From the NCBI GenBank assembly GCA_965202585.1, contig OZ241826.1:77748001-77812000 (forward strand): a DNA stretch of 64,000 nucleotides. Direction: 5' to 3'. How positions within the stretch are numbered: position 1 is the first letter of the stretch; the number at the start of each line of letters is the position of its first letter. Of this stretch, positions 33,222 to 48,087 are shown in pieces. The stretch comes from Thalia democratica. Its lineage: Eukaryota. The notes under the pieces are model-generated. The model did no database searches. It was not told where the DNA came from and saw only the letters and a program-made list of their open reading frames with translations. The translations under genes were made by a program, and so were the position numbers.

Positions 33222-34084
33222 CAGAGCGTCACTTTAACACGGCGTCACATTAGCACGGAGTTATTTTATATGTTTTAAAAATTTTTTTTAAATGATGTTC
33301 ATTTACTTAATGATTATTAAGTTAAAAAACAAATAATGCGGAAATTAGTTCTAACTCTTTTGAAAATATTACTCAAAAAGTATAAATAAGTTTTTACTAG
33401 TAGTAATTTAAATTAAGCTGTTTCTTAACAATAAAGCTTAACGGTTAGTAAAGTTATTGAATTAAGTTTATTTACCCTTGAAGTAGTCTATATATATAAT
33501 TTTATAAGACATAGACAATTATTAAAAAGATGCGAGACGCGTGCATGTAGAAATAAGAGGAACTTAACATATTTATGGTATTTAAAGCTGTATAGATTTT
33601 TAAAATGAAACAAGTAAAATTTTGATAGGCTGTAAAGCTATCAGAGCTTGTAAAAACAAAGATAAATTGTTTATCAATATCTATCAACCTTTGTATATTT
33701 CACCCTTTATCTAAAATTTACGCTTAAAGTTTAACCTTATTAAATCAATTTAAGCTTTTTTACAAAGTTTTAAGAAACAACCTAGAGCTTGTATGTATTG
33801 ATACTAAAAAATAGTTCTATGTCGAAAACATGAAAATAAAACATTTTTTGTTAATAATTACATAGTAAAATAAGTTAAAAAAGTTTGTAAATTTAGTTTT
33901 ATTTTAGCTTTAATTAAAACTCAAACTTGTATTAACAAATTGTAAACTCAAATTTAGAGCTTATTAACTTTTAGTTTACATGTTGCATAGTTCGTTTTAA
34001 GATTTATAAACGTAGTAATCCAAACTTTATTTAACAAAAAAAAATCCGTGCTAAAGTGTAACTCCGTGCTAAGGTGTCACTTTG
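33222..34084. mobile_element. Non-autonomous Tc1/pogo-like element, specific to copy B
   Basis: Imperfect TIRs CAGAGCGTCACTTTAACACGG / CAAAGTGACACCTTAGCACGG (reverse complement), repeated TTAGCACGGA motif, TA after the right end; not seen at the homologous position of copy A. Confidence 0.55.
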
Positions 34085-34688
34085 TACTAAACTGACTTCG
34101 TGCTTTTCTGACCCGTTCCCAAAGTTGTTAAAGGCTTTTTTGTCCTTCAAAAAAGCAATTATAAACTTTTACACTGAAAAACTGTATGAACAAGTCAGTT
34201 CAGTTGTATCTAATAAACACAACTTAACTAATCAAAGTATATTTAAATTAACTAAAAGTAGCTTATATTAAAAGTATGCAAATGTGTAATCAAAATTATT
34301 ATCTTACACAGTTCAATCTATCTAAAGGACTTGAAATTTACACCAAATTAGTAAAATTTAGACTTGTTTGCACACGTAGAATAAGTAATTAACTGTTTTG
34401 TTGTCAAGAAATTTTTCATAGCAATCTTACTGATCTGCACATTTTCATCTTGTTATATTTGTCACCAATGTTTAGTTTATTGCACGTGATTCTTTGTTCA
34501 TTTTTAGACGTCTTTAGGTCTGTCTAAACAAGCACTTTTACAGTAGCACTCACATTTGTACATAAGAAATACTATAGCTTTATTAAGTTTTTCCTATTAG
34601 ATTACAAATTGTTTTTCATGTTATATTTGTTCTTAGGTTAACTGCAAAGTATATTTTTTATTTAAATTTTTCTCGGCTTGGTTTAAAT

Positions 34689-35010
34689 CAGGGTTTTCTA
34701 AACTTTTTTTCAAATGGCCCCCTTTAAATAAATTTAAAAAGCTATGGCCCCCTCCAACAAGATCACTCAAAAAACTACCATTAAAAACACATAAGACCTT
34801 TTTTTTGCTCTTCATCAGCAACTCTAGAATATCTAGAGTAAGTTTGAAAACTACCATTAAAAGCACATAAAACCTTATTTTTTTGCTCTTTATCATCAAC
34901 TCCAGAATATTTACTGTAAGTTTCAAATTATGACCTCATGGCCCCCTGTGGCCCCTTTACTGTTCATGGCTCCCTAAATATCTGTCATGGCCCACTTTGG
35001 GAAAATCCTG
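34689..35010. mobile_element. hAT-type MITE with GGCCCC subterminal repeats and an internal duplication of about 80 bp, specific to copy B
   Basis: Termini CAGGGTTTTCT / CAGGATTTTCC (reverse complement); 8-bp TSD GTTTAAAT / GTTAAAAT (7 of 8 match). Confidence 0.75.
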
Positions 35011-37486
35011 GTTAAAATCGTTCCCAATGAAAATTAGTTTCAGTAAAATGGTATAATTTTAGTACCAAAGCATTCTGTTTTATATTACTGATTGTATTTA
35101 ATTTATTAATTTAAATTCTCTGTTTAAAATTTCTAAACACCCATCACTTTTAATATTTTTCCTTAATTACAACTAAAAGCGCCAATAAAAGTTACAATTT
35201 TTAAAATATTTTAACTAAACCAATCTTTATTCATTAAAACAATCAAAAAATATTATTAAAAGTTGAGGTAATGGCTAGTAAAAGTAGGCTTTCGACAGAT
35301 TTTGCAAACAAGAGTTTATTCTTTCTTTAAAATACGAACACGATATTTGTTATTTTCAATATTTGCCAACTTTAGACTAAAAGGTGAACCCCTGGCAATT
35401 TCATCTGCTTTATGTCACTTGAACTAAAATCCGCTTCTTTAGTGGCAATCAGTCAAATGAATATTTATTTTCTAAAAAAATCTTTATAAATAAATTGTTT
35501 TTGATCTGCACGGAATCTTATCATTTTATCTTGAGACACGTTAGTAAACAAACTTTTAACACCTCACTGCACTTTTTAACAATTTTTGTCTGCGTCTATG
35601 ACTTTAAAAAAGTTTACATTAAAGAGCTAGGAAAACTTTATCAAATTTATTTGTATTTCGGAAGCTAACATTAAAATCTGCTTCAATTGTGTACTATCTT
35701 TTATTGTATTTGTCGCTTTATAGTTTTAATATGATGTCTGTTACAAAAGATTTTTTATGATTTGTTAAAGTTTAAAGATGGAAATCTTAATAAGTACTTG
35801 AGTTGTTTTTCATAAATTATGTTATTGTTACTTAATTTCTTGTTATAGTATTATGTTTAAATAGTTATATTAAAACTTATAAACGAACCTATAGTAGTTT
35901 ATTCGCGATTTTACAAAAAATACTTTTTATTGTAGTATTTAATATTTGAGTAATGATAATTTTTTTTTTTGAAACAAGTCTTATTTTGTTTTTTTATTCT
36001 TAAACACTAAACAAATTATAAGATAAAATTTTACTATTATTTAAGTCACATATGTTATATGGACACATCTACAAAAAATGGGAATTATTGCACTAAAATA
36101 ACTTATAGTAAGAAATTATTACATTAATAAAAGTAGTTATCTTACGTTTAATGGAACTAGTACCTCTATTCAAAACTGGTTACATTTATTCAATATGCAT
36201 ATAATTTCCTAAATTAAGTAAATAAATTTTTTCAACTCAAACTTTTAATAACTGAATAAAACATTCTATAAACATTTTGTTATCGGCTTTTAAAAACGTT
36301 ATACTAAACTTTTTTTTATTAATGCATTTAGCCGAACTGAATTAATTTATGTAATATTTTTATGTGCTTGGAAATATTTGTTATTTAGTCTCAAGCTGAA
36401 TAAACGTGTATAGTTGTAAACGGTGTTATTTAATAAATTAAACTTTTCAAAAAAAATTGTTAATCTTTTATTGGCCATAAAAAGTATTTTAGAAATATGG
36501 AAAACTTTGTAATTTTTTCTTATGCATTTAAAAATTTTTGTTAATAAGTATCAAACTCGTTTAAATATCACAAGAAAAGTTTAAGTGTACAAACTACTGA
36601 GTTTTTTCATAGTGTAAAATAGTCAACCATACAAAAATTACACTTGAAAAAAGTTTATTTATGCATAACTAATGATTCGTGATTTATGTAAAACTAGCAC
36701 AAGTGTATTACATACTTTTTTAAATTTATAGTTTTAAGACACTTTAAATTTTGTTATTGTACCTTATTTTAAAGTTTATTTTTTTCAAATTTTATTACAA
36801 AATCACCAGCTTTAAGTTACAATAAGAACTCCCTTAGCACTTATGCTTTACTAAAATTGTTTATTTTAAATTTAAATCAATAAAAACCATGTCATACATA
36901 TCACAATTTATAGCATTATTATTATTATTAATAGTAAAACAAACTAAGTTTTTATAAACAAGAAACATCAATAAACACTTATAGTTTATTATTAAATTTA
37001 GTTATTTACTTACAGTTTTTAACACAAAAGTACTTTCGTATAAACACTTTTACTTTACTTAGTATTAAAAAGATTAAACCAGTGCTTAGTACACGTATTG
37101 TTTTTAAGGTAACTAATATAAAAGAGCTTTAGAATCAAACAGTTTATTCACATTTAAAAGTTATAAAACTACGAAATAACAAATAAAAGCAGAGCATATT
37201 TTTCATGTTGAGTAAATAATAAAAAGTTGATTACGTTTAAAACTGTAATTAGTTAAAAAAAAGTTTGTTAAATTACATTATATGTACAAAAATTTTTTTT
37301 TAGTAATTTACAGCTATAAATCACAAATTCAAGAAAAAAAAAACATTTTTTAGCTTCTTTATACATATCTTGGTAAAATTGTAGAAAAAAGAGAGTAATA
37401 TTTTATTTTTACTTTGTCCATGAAAAGATTTTTTCAAGTTTCAAAGAGCAAAACTATAAAATTCATTGAAACAAAAAAAAACAGGT

Positions 37487-40154
37487 CTATGAATTGTATT
37501 CATCCTCCGCTAGTCTCATATCGAGTTCTTTTAACTATAAATTTTAAGTAGTAATTTATTTTACTGAAACTGAACTTTTTAGTACTAGCATTAAAATGTA
37601 CCTGTATTGTTTTCCTATATGTATATATATACATATATATAATAATAAAATAAACTATGAATACTTTTTGTTTAAGTATATAGATAAAACTAGTTGCAAA
37701 AGACAAAAAGTTCACCTTGTTTTGGTATTCAAGCGTAGTGCGTTCATACTTTTTCGAAAGATCGCTGAATACAGTTACGAAATTTTTGTACTTCATGTAC
37801 AACTGAAATACAAAATAAGATAAGCGAAAATTGTTATTTTAAATCTAAAAAAATTTTGATTTAGTATTTGTTATGTACATTTCGAAGTTGAACTTTTGTC
37901 TAAATGAATTTCAATTAAAGGGGGATTTTCAACTTTAATGGTAACTTTTTAATTCATACATACTTTAGAATTATTTAAAAGTTAAAACTAAGTTTAGTTT
38001 GAATAAATAAGAAAGGTTACAGCAATGAATAGTTTGTTGTTCTTTAAATTCTTATTTAAGAGCTTTAATTTTAAGGCACTAACTAAATGTCTTTGTTCAA
38101 CGTTTTTCTGTCTCCTTATTTCACTAACATAAGTGACCTAAAATTTTTAAAACTGTTAAAAATGTAGTCTTTGACCGAATTACGTTTTTTGTAAGATGTG
38201 TTTTTAACTAACTTTTGTTATAATTTTATCTTTAAAAGTTAAATCTTTAAAGCATAATTGGCTTAAGAAGCAAAATTAGTTTATTTAAAACTTCAACAAA
38301 CATGTTCCAGTTCGCCTTCAAGTAACTTGATTTTTTCGTCACGATAAAAAAGTGTTTCTTGCATTTGTAAATATTTGAGAGCATACTCTCTTCTCATTTC
38401 GTCCTGTGTCTATTAAATAGCTAAAATAAATCTTAAGTTTGAAACATTAAAAGTTTTGTGAAATATTTTGTAAGTTTATAACACTTTCCGCTAGGTTAAG
38501 ACTGTTTATTATTAGAGTAAGCTATTAGCGCTTTAAATTACTTACTAAAGTTAATACTATTGTTTTTATTTCAAAGTGTTTTAAACAAACTTTTCACAAT
38601 CAGCTTTCAAATTAACTAACTTATTGTTTTTCTTAAATCTACTAGAAAAGTAAATAAAACAAAATATGATTGTATATAACAACATAACTTATTCTAAACT
38701 TTTATATTATAAGAATTTTGTTAGCGAACCTTTTTTTTTTGTTACGCGTTTCAACAAATCAAAAACTTATATTCCGTTATACATCTATTTTACCTTTCTT
38801 TTAATGAAAAATTTTGATAATGGCGTAAATTACTACCTACTTCCTAGTTTTAAATTACATTTTGCTTATAGTAAATGAAAATCAAAAAAGCTAATATGCT
38901 AATCAAGTTCAAGACAATTTATTACTTTGTTGAACATTGTTTGTTTATTAAGTTAAGTTTCTCATATACAACTAGATTACATGCGCTTGAATAAATTTGA
39001 TATCAAACAAATATTTGTTATAAGCGAAAATAACAAAGATTGTATAAATTTTAAACGCTAACTAAGTTTTTAAGACGTTTTTCTTCTTCTAGGTATTTTT
39101 GTCTTGTTAGTTCAACTTGCTTCTTATGTTTCAAAATATTTTCATCAGTTTGTATTTCTGCATCCTGTTTGTCGAGTAAACATTTTATGAGTAAAAATAA
39201 AAACTTTTCAAGAGCAAAACCAAGTTAATTTAGAGAAAAAAATTTAAGCCTTTCACGCTAAAGAATTTATGAATTATAATTTCTTGTTTAAAAGGGTATT
39301 TTTAATATTCAAAACTTTGGAAATTTTAGTTTTGATTTTAACATTGTTTTTTTTTCAATGGTATAATATGTCTTTTTTATTCGTACCTTATTTAACAATT
39401 ATAGTACAATGTAGGCTCATAAATTTCTAAAACACTAAAATCAATCAAAAAAAAACCTACTTGAAACTTCAAAATAGTTGTTTGAGTTGAAACAAATTTT
39501 TCAGGAGGTAATTGTATCTCTGTCTGGCATGAACTGCTACCAATTTTGTCATCAGTTGGTATACGTTGGTAAAAATGTTTCTAAAAATGTAAAAATTATT
39601 TCATACTTATTATTTTTTTTTGGGCACACATTTATTAATTACCTTTTTCTGTAAACATTTTTTTTTAGTTAAAGCAAACACATAAAACTTTGTATATGAA
39701 TTTTAAATATTTTTAACGCAAACCTTTTGGTAGTACAGCAATGATATCGTTAGAAAAGTGACGGTTACAAATGACGCTATAACAATCACAAGAGCAGTTA
39801 AATAGTTGTTTGGTTCGTCAACCGACTTACATATAGCAAATCCTACCTTCTTGTAAAAAGGGTCGTACTTTTTGGGTTTGAATGAGTGAGTCAATAAAGG
39901 GTTGACAATAAAAATTGATGAATAATTATACGATGAATATCTAATTAAGTTATATTTGCTCTCTTTAAACTTGTCTGTGCATCGTGTTAAATATTTTTGA
40001 AGTGTGCCTCTTCTAAAAATTTCTTCATTAGCCAGAATACTTTTTTCGCTCTTACAAGACTTTATGTCTTCATGGAGCAACCCAGTCTTTACTTTAGCTA
40101 TAAAGTACCTATTTTGACCGTCGTAAAACTTGTCACAATTTTCAGGTAGTGGCG
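37487..40154 (-). CDS. Single-pass membrane receptor, copy B (homolog of 7006-9560)
   Basis: Exons complement(39724-40154, 39461-39580, 39063-39164, 38302-38409, 38084-38137, 37716-37802, 37487-37534): ..PLPENCDKFY..RYFIA..SCKSEKSILA..ICK..TM..YYQK|KHFYQRI..SSCQTE..VSTQTT..|DAEIQTD..|TQDEMRREY..ELEH|VTYVSEIRRQKNVEQRHL|LYMKYKNF..|LKELDMRLAEDEYNS*. The 431, 120, 108, 54 and 48 nt exons match copy A in length. Confidence 0.85.
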
Positions 40155-40900
40155 CTGTATAAGTATTTCAAAGTTAAAAATAGTATAAGTAAGTTATTTC
40201 ATTATCTAAAGACAGCAACCTCAAATAGTTATAGTTTTTTTTTTTAAGTTTACAAAAAACTATAAGCTTAAATAAAAATTACTACGTTTTACTTCACCTA
40301 TAATTAAACTGTAATTAGATTCAATAACATGTACTTTAAATACTTTTAACATACATGTTGCTTAATAAGTAATGTTTGTTAAAAAATAACTTAATTGTTG
40401 TATACTTTCTAAAAAAATTTGCTTTTACTTTAGTTTTTATATCTCAGTCATTGTTATAGTTGAAATAGTCAACAGTTTTTTTATTTTTAGTAAGTAACTT
40501 TTAGTTTTTCAAATGTTCTTTAAAGACATTGTTAAGTACAGTAAACTTTTAGATAGTAGACCAACTTTAAAAACAAGCTTACACTTTTTGAAAGATGTAA
40601 TATCTTTTTATAACTATTATATATTTTATAAATATAACACAAGCTAAAAAACCTGATAGTCCGTTTTCTCCCGTAATTGTCAGCAAAAAAATCCAAAATT
40701 TAAGTTTAAATATAATCATCTGAAACAGATAAGAAAATTAATTATTTAAATCAAATATGGTATTCATTAAATATTATTTTGTTTTACAACGTTCTCCATA
40801 AAACTATTTTTTAGCCAACATAAATGTTAAAACCTTTTTTTTAAACCCGCAAATAATCTGCTTTTATTGTTTATAGATTTTAATAACATAAAAGCTTTAA

Positions 40901-41605
40901 ATGGTTTTAAAACTAGAAAAAAATTGCCCTACAAGTATTACTACTAGTACAGGTACTTTTAATTTCTACGAGGAAAAAGCACTAAAATGCGAAGCAGAGC
41001 AAATATGTCAGAGAAAAGGGCAGATACTAGCTCCTATTACGAACATGGAAGACCGCAAAGCTATTGAAAAGATAGGTGGTCAGGAATGCGGAATTTTTCG
41101 AGAGAGTATACAAGGTTATCATGTTGGTTTAGAAATTAAGGCGTGCGGAAATAAGTTTACCAAAGTGTTTTCAAACGGAGTCAAATACAATAAAACTTTA
41201 CACGACAAACTGTACTATTTTTACCCAATAAAAAAGTTTGACTGCCTCACTGCGTTGTACCCACCAGGTTACGGAGCCGATGAACAAATTGTGGTAGTTT
41301 CGAAGTCTAATAATTGTAAAGGTTACGTTAGGAGGTTTATTTGTTTGGATCCGGCAAAACCAGACAATAACTCAACTGTCACTAAAGAAGCTCTTCATCT
41401 TAAAAGGTCTAAAAGAAGTGAAAATTTTAGCGAGGATAGTGTTTTATCAGGCCGACAAAACATGTATTTTATGTCTGAAGTTTTCGGCTTTTGCTTTTTA
41501 GCAACTGCATGTTGTTTTCTGTTTGTAGCAAATAGAAAGCTCAAAAAAAGAGTCAATTTTCTGGAAATGAAAACTGAACCATTTACCAACGAATGTAAAC
41601 ATTGA
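40901..41605 (+). CDS. C-type-lectin-like membrane protein, copy B, 234 aa
   Basis: About 66% identical to 10370-11074 by manual alignment; same Cys, RSKR and TM; in-frame TAA immediately before the ATG. Confidence 0.85.
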   Translation: MVLKLEKNCPTSITTSTGTFNFYEEKALKCEAEQICQRKGQILAPITNMEDRKAIEKIGGQECGIFRESIQGYHVGLEIKACGNKFTKVFSNGVKYNKTLHDKLYYFYPIKKFDCLTALYPPGYGADEQIVVVSKSNNCKGYVRRFICLDPAKPDNNSTVTKEALHLKRSKRSENFSEDSVLSGRQNMYFMSEVFGFCFLATACCFLFVANRKLKKRVNFLEMKTEPFTNECKH

Positions 41606-42689
41606 GCTTTTTAGATAAAATATCTAAAACAATTCTAAGCTTTCTTTTTTTACTATTTATACTCATTTGTTTATTTTTAATAGCATTATCTATGTCTATA
41701 AATCTTCCAATTTTGTTACTAAGCTATATGCAAAAGACTTAAAAGAAATATGTACAGAACGTACAACACATTTTTATTTGTATATTTAATTTGACACATT
41801 ATTACAACATAACTTGGTATGTTCGCCAAATAAAATAAACTTGTTAAAGTACTACTCAGTTTTTTGCTGTTTAATTTAACATATTGTATCAAAGTAACCT
41901 TAACTTTACTTAGTTTTGTTTAAAAAAAACTTTTAAATGTCTGATAGTTAATTTAAGCGTTACAAAACATTATTATTTATTGAACAACAAAAAATACACT
42001 CGAAAAGTTTGGTCCAAGGACCTGGTATACAAAAAACCTGTCATTTATAAAGTCATATACCAGAACAGTTTAATGTCATGCCCAGGACTAGGGTTACAAG
42101 TTTTTTCACTTTAAAAAAACCATTTAAAAAAACATAAGTTTCCGTTTTCATACAAATATTGAAAATGTGTGTTGTACATTTTAATATTAACAGCAAAACA
42201 TTTTTTAATAATTTTATACTAATCAGTGTAAGTCCCCCTGTAAGTTTAACCTTCTTAAAAGCATTCAGGTTAATATTTTTTTAGACTGCTTTTAATCAGA
42301 ATTATTTTCATTATGGTAGAAATGTTATAGAAATAAATTGTGGAGAAAAACAAACAAAACAACTTTAATTTAAGTAAAATTAATGTTTTAAAATAAATCT
42401 TTTGTTATTGAAATAACAGTCTTTTTTTAAAGTTGAGAAAGTTTGGATCGAAACTTAAAAAAAAATAACTTAAAGATGGATAAAATAACTTTAATGTAAA
42501 AAGTATTTTTCTGGCTGTAGCATTTTTGTAACTTTTTTTATTATTATAAACTTTAAAAATTAAATAATTACTATTCCTAGATTAAAAAAAAAGTTACCAA
42601 ACTTCTAATTTAAAGTCTTAACTTCCTTCAAAACTTTAATTATTATTATTTCTTCTAGAATAAAAGTTTTCACCCAAGTAGTTTTAATT

Positions 42690-43005
42690 GACGGTGACAG
42701 TATGCAAAATTATGTTTCATACTAAAAATCTGCATGTGAGGTTTGAAAACTCTGTGATGAGTTTCAAATGTATAAAAATTTTTTTAAGTAAACATATTTT
42801 AAACATGACAAGTTTGTACACTTTTTTAAATACTTTCATACTAAGGACTACTTATTTGTTCAATAGCTTTTCGATCTTTCATGTTTGTATTAGGAGTTAT
42901 TATTTGCTCCATGCTCTGACATATATGCTCTGCATGACATTTTTTGGTCTTTGCTCGTAAAAATTAAAAGTACCACTTTTTGTGTCGCTTAATTTTATTC
43001 GTAAA
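42690..43005 (-). pseudogene. Inverted decayed CTLD paralog (copy B)
   Basis: SGTFNFYEQRP, then a 1-nt deletion in an A-run (about 42941-42946), then CHAEHICQSMEQIITPNTNMKDRKAIEQ. Confidence 0.75.
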
Positions 43006-46000
43006 TGCAGTTTAAAATATTAAAACTTAATAATGGTAAATTTGGTAACTGCTAAGATACAGTTTTGAAGCAAAAAAACAAAATTATTGAGTAACATATA
43101 GCTTGTGGAAAATTAAAACATTCAAAAACATTTTAGATAGTTCATTTGTTTTTTTACGAGCTGAGCGGTTGAAATAGTAAATACTTGTGTAAAGAGAAAG
43201 TATAGCGATTTTACTACATGCTTACATCATAAACACATGTGTTTTTAAAGTATTTTGAAAGTTCACAATCAAAAGGTAACATATCTTTTTTTGATTGTAA
43301 ATATATCCTTTAAATTATCAGTAATTAATGCTTAATTTAATTTTTATTATTTATAATACTTTTTCAAGCTATTCTTATTAACTGTTTACATAAATAGATC
43401 TTTGTAAAAAAACATATCAACATTCAAACAATTTTAAAAAAGTATCATACTTCAAATAGAGTTCTTAATTTTTAAACCTACTTACACATCTACTTTTTTT
43501 TTTGATTTGCAAGCAAAATGGTTACAAAAAAACATGCTTATAACTTTCAATACTATTTTTTATTTTATTCAAAATATTTTAGTTTAATTCAAAAACAGAC
43601 TAAAAATTTTAATTTGACAAGAGTCTTTTTTTATAATTATGTTTGTGTTAACGAAATTTAAACTGTTGTAAAACTGCACTATATTACAACACATTCATAT
43701 GCATTTAAACATTTGGCACTTGATACTAAGTGAAGCTTAACCATTTTTCAAATTTTGTAAAAATTTTGACAAAAGCTTTAAAATAAAAACATAAATATAA
43801 CTTTTTATTTTAGCTGTTTTTTAATAAAATTAACAATAATAAAACAATGCATTTTTTAAACATTTTTCTAATCAAATACTATGCTGTTTTTTAAGAAAAT
43901 TAAAAAGCCCCATTAACAAGTAATACAAAATATAACAAACTATTAGCACTAATTTAAATTCTGTGTAGAATAATAGATTTCATATTTAAATTCCAATCAA
44001 CAAATCAAAAAAATAGGCTAGAAAATTTTAGCCTACTAAATAATTACAACTAAGCTTACAAAAATTTCTCATGCTCGTTAAATTAAAAACTTTTTTTTGA
44101 ACAACCGATCTTATAAGTATAATAATTTTTTTAACAAAAACAAACACACAGCTGGCTATAACTTTGTTTTTTTTTTGCTTAACTACTTTTTTTTGGTTAA
44201 GACAAATGAGTATGTATATATACACATATATTTCAAGTAAAAATTAAAACTTAAAACAGTGACTTGCTCTAACAAAAGAACTAAAAACTATTTATAAAAT
44301 AAAAACTTGAATACAATAAAGTAGTCCGGAAAGAATGAAAAACAAGTAATATAAGCTGATAAATATTTGTTTTTAAGGCCATTGAAAAACAACTTAAAAA
44401 CTGTGTCAAAGTTACTTCTTAAAATAGAAAACAAGTCAAGATTTAAACTTTGACCGAAATATACCAAGAAAAGGGTAAAGCAAATAAACAAATCTGAATA
44501 TAGCTTTGATTTAAAATTTGATTATAGAGTTTTTTAAGTTGACGTTATTCTAAAATTTTAAAGTTTAATTTTAGAAAAACAAATTTTATTGTGATCGTAA
44601 GTTGCATTAGAATTTATAATCTTAACCTTATGCAAGAAAAACGAAGCAAATTTTATCAAAGGTTTTTCTAAAACATCTATGCTTAATTTCATTGAATATC
44701 TTACTTAAATCTATAGCGTTATATGCAATATTTTAAAACAGTTAGTTTATGTTTAAAACAATTCATTGGTAAAAGTATTTTTTATACACAGTAATCTGCC
44801 GAGTAACTTTGCGACGTTATAGTTTCGGTTTTAAGAGAAAAAATTATTGTACTCAACATTTTAAGCTGAGTTTAAGGGTGGCTTGGCGTTTAGCCAACAG
44901 ATCCTTCGCTCTATTGAGCACAAAAGATAGCTTTTTTTAAGAGAGTGTTCAACGTTTAAAAAAAGCTTACTGATATCTAATATGAAAGTTCATTATCGTG
45001 TAAATAGTTAAATAGCGATGAAACCAATGCGAGTTGGATAAATCAAATTTAAATATCAGTTTTAAACGGGAATATTTTCAAGTGTTTCTTACTGTATTCT
45101 TACACTATACTTTATCTAACTTTTACTACTTGCACAAAATAGTTATGTTGTTTTTTGGTTAAAATATCTAAATAAATATTATTTTATTTAAAATTACATG
45201 TAAAAAGCAACCTTACCTATTCAAAAATTATTTTAAATATAAATAATTTATTGAGACAAAATGAATGTTGTTTAATAAAACTTATAACAATGATTTTAAA
45301 AGTTTTAAACAAAAACTTTATTATTTTTCTACACTCAACGTAAAATAAAATTACACGATTTAAAAATATTTTCAATAAAAGCATAAATGAAAGTATTTAA
45401 ATTATAAAATTAATTTCTATGCACAAAGGGATATTTTTAACAACTATAAAACTATTAATTTTTTCTATTTTATTAACAAACTAATAAAAAGTAGCATCTA
45501 CTTACTTATAGTAAAACAACTAATTGTATATTGATAAGAGTTTAGTTTAGACTTTAAGATATATATAGAGGTGTGCAAATTAATCATTTTATTCGTGACC
45601 GGTTTCGGTGGCAAAAATTGCAACATATTAAATATTCAATTTGCATACCTCTATTTAAATAAACTCTTTACATCCCAGATTCCCAGAAAATTGAGCATTC
45701 ATTTTTATTTAAGGCAAATAACTATATGACTTTTAGACATAAAGATGATTAAACTGGTAAACGAATATACTTTTTATCCTAAAACAAAAAAGAAATTGTT
45801 GAAACGTAATAAATCAAATTTATAGATTAAAAAGTTGGAATTTGATCAGTTTTAACTTAATAATAAAATATATAAAATTTATGATTAAAATAAAAACAAA
45901 AATCTTTTCAAAGGTAATGACTAGAACTTTTTTTTAGTAGTAATAAGTAAAAACTTTTAAAGTTTCAATTAAATGTTATCAAAATTAGTTTTTTATTTAA

Positions 46001-47106
46001 AATAAACACGAAAAACTGCGTAAACGTCCTTAGTAGAACCCTATTGTACATATTTAACATTAGTAATTGGTCGAGACATGGCTTTATAAGCAACTTAAAT
46101 AGAGAATATGATAATAAATGTACATTTAAGTTTTAATAGTCACGAAAACAAAGTTATAGCATCAAAAATTTTGAAATATTGTTTTACTATATAAATTAGA
46201 CAGATAGTTTAAGTCTAAAGTTAACAGTTTTAATAAGAAAATAAATAAATATACTTTTTAGTAAGAAAAAGCATAAAAACGCTTATAAAACTTCTTATGT
46301 AGAGGTTTTTACCACAAAAATTAAAAAAAATAATAAAAATGTAGTTTAAGCAGGTATAGTATATAATCTTACAATAAATAAACTTTTCAACAGAAACAAA
46401 AACACATATAAAGCGTCTTTAAAGTTATTTTAAACAAAGTTTTATGAAAAAAATAAATAAGTCAAGAAAGTATCTTTTCATAGAAATTTCTACCTGCAAT
46501 CCTTCCTTATTGACAACACATATTACAATTCAGATAGTTTAATATAAACAGTTAAATTTAGTTTTTAACACTAACAATACTTAACTTAGTTTATAACTAA
46601 AATTTAGTAGTTTGTTTAGGTAATATAATTTTCAATGACATTAAACAATTTAATAAAGTTTGGTGAGCAGTTATAAAAAAGATAATCTTACAAAAAGTAC
46701 AAACTTTTTGGTAAGAACAAATACAAAAAAAAATATTCCAAACGTTTTAAGTAGAGGTTTTTATTACATAAATTAGAAAACTAGTTTAAGATGTAAGTTT
46801 AGCATGTTTAATAAAAATATTACAACAAATCAGATTTTAGGCTTAAACAACCACAAAAGAACATTTAAAACGACTTCAAAGTTGTTGTAAACAAATTATT
46901 TGAAAAATAAATATGTTTGTATCTTGTGTTTGTTTTACAAAATCATTTTTTCTTTGTTTATTTTTTTGTTTTATTAAGAAAATAGATATATAGTTAATTG
47001 TTTTATCATATATTTCTCGAAATTACATCTAAGAATATAATTGAAGTGCAAAAATTTGTGTAAAATTTATAAAGTATATAAACGCTAAATATAGCAATTT
47101 TGCAAT

Positions 47107-47188
47107 ATCCGATGGCAGAGCGGTTTAGGCGCGAGACTTGGAGTGCATCTTTATCACCTGTCAATGAGTTCAAATCCAGTCTCGGCCA
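47107..47188 (+). pseudogene. Degenerate tRNA-like sequence (tRNA pseudogene or SINE head) inside the transposon
   Basis: A-box TGGCAGAGCGG with a Leu/Ser-type D-loop, B-box GAGTTCAAATCC, 3' CTCGGCCA. The anticodon stem does not pair. Confidence 0.55.
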
Positions 47189-47209
47189 TTTTTCAACATT
47201 AATTGTTAA

Positions 47210-48087
47210 GGCCATAGGGGAGGGGGTCCACTTTGTTTTTTACAACTTGATCTTATTTTGTAGAATTTAATCTGAGCTATCAGACACTTTTAACCGTTTA
47301 AAAAAACTCAAAGTAACTTTTGAGATATAAGCGATCAAAGAAAGGGCGTTCAATAGGTTCCTTATGGAAGGGGAAAACTAAAAATGTAAATAAAGACTAT
47401 TTCACTAAAAATCTATCTCCTCCTTCATTTCTTGAGTAATCTTTCTCAAATTTTTACAGAATGTGTATCAATAAACTTTAAAGAGATCTATTGTAGGAAT
47501 TTTTTAAATTTTGAGTAAAAAAAAATTATTGTCAAAAAACTACCCTTTTTTTTAGTTTTTTGTGGATAAAATTTTTATTTTTCAAAATTTCAAAAATTCC
47601 AACATTTAGATTCTTCAAAATATTAAAATGAACATTTCCTGAAAATTTGAAGTCTCTAGGTCAAAAAATGAAGGAGGAGATAGGTTTTTAGTGAATTTTA
47701 AAATTTCCGAGAAAATTGACCCCAAAGTCCATACGTTTATATTGGAAAATTTTTACAAAAAGTTAAATATCTCAAAAATTAAATGATATTTTTGAATTCT
47801 ATAAAAACTGGCTTATAGTTTGTACTTTAAGCTTTCATATAAAAGCCAAAGTTAATTTTAGTAAAAAAAATGTTGGACCCCCTATGGAATTTTGACCCTA
47901 TGGCATTGGACCACCCAATCATATGAACATTTTATGTTTAATATATTTTTATTAGAGAAAAAAAAATATAAAAACTAATTATAATAATTCTTTTATAGAA
48001 ATATTATCTTACAGTATTTACTCTAAACTTTCAAAGAAGAGTCAATTTTATATTTTGTAAAAATAAAAAAATTAACTCCCTATGGCC
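47210..48087. mobile_element. Nested non-autonomous element with TTAA TSD (Kolobok-like signature)
   Basis: TTAA-GGCCATAGGG ... CCCTATGGCC-TTAA; internal inverted segment TTCACTAAAAATCTATCTCCTCCTTCATTT / AAATGAAGGAGGAGATAGGTTTTTAGTGAA. Confidence 0.7.

Noticed and set aside
47107-47188. Functional tRNA-Pro/Leu
   Set aside because: Anticodon arm unpaired and 5' acceptor strand degenerate.
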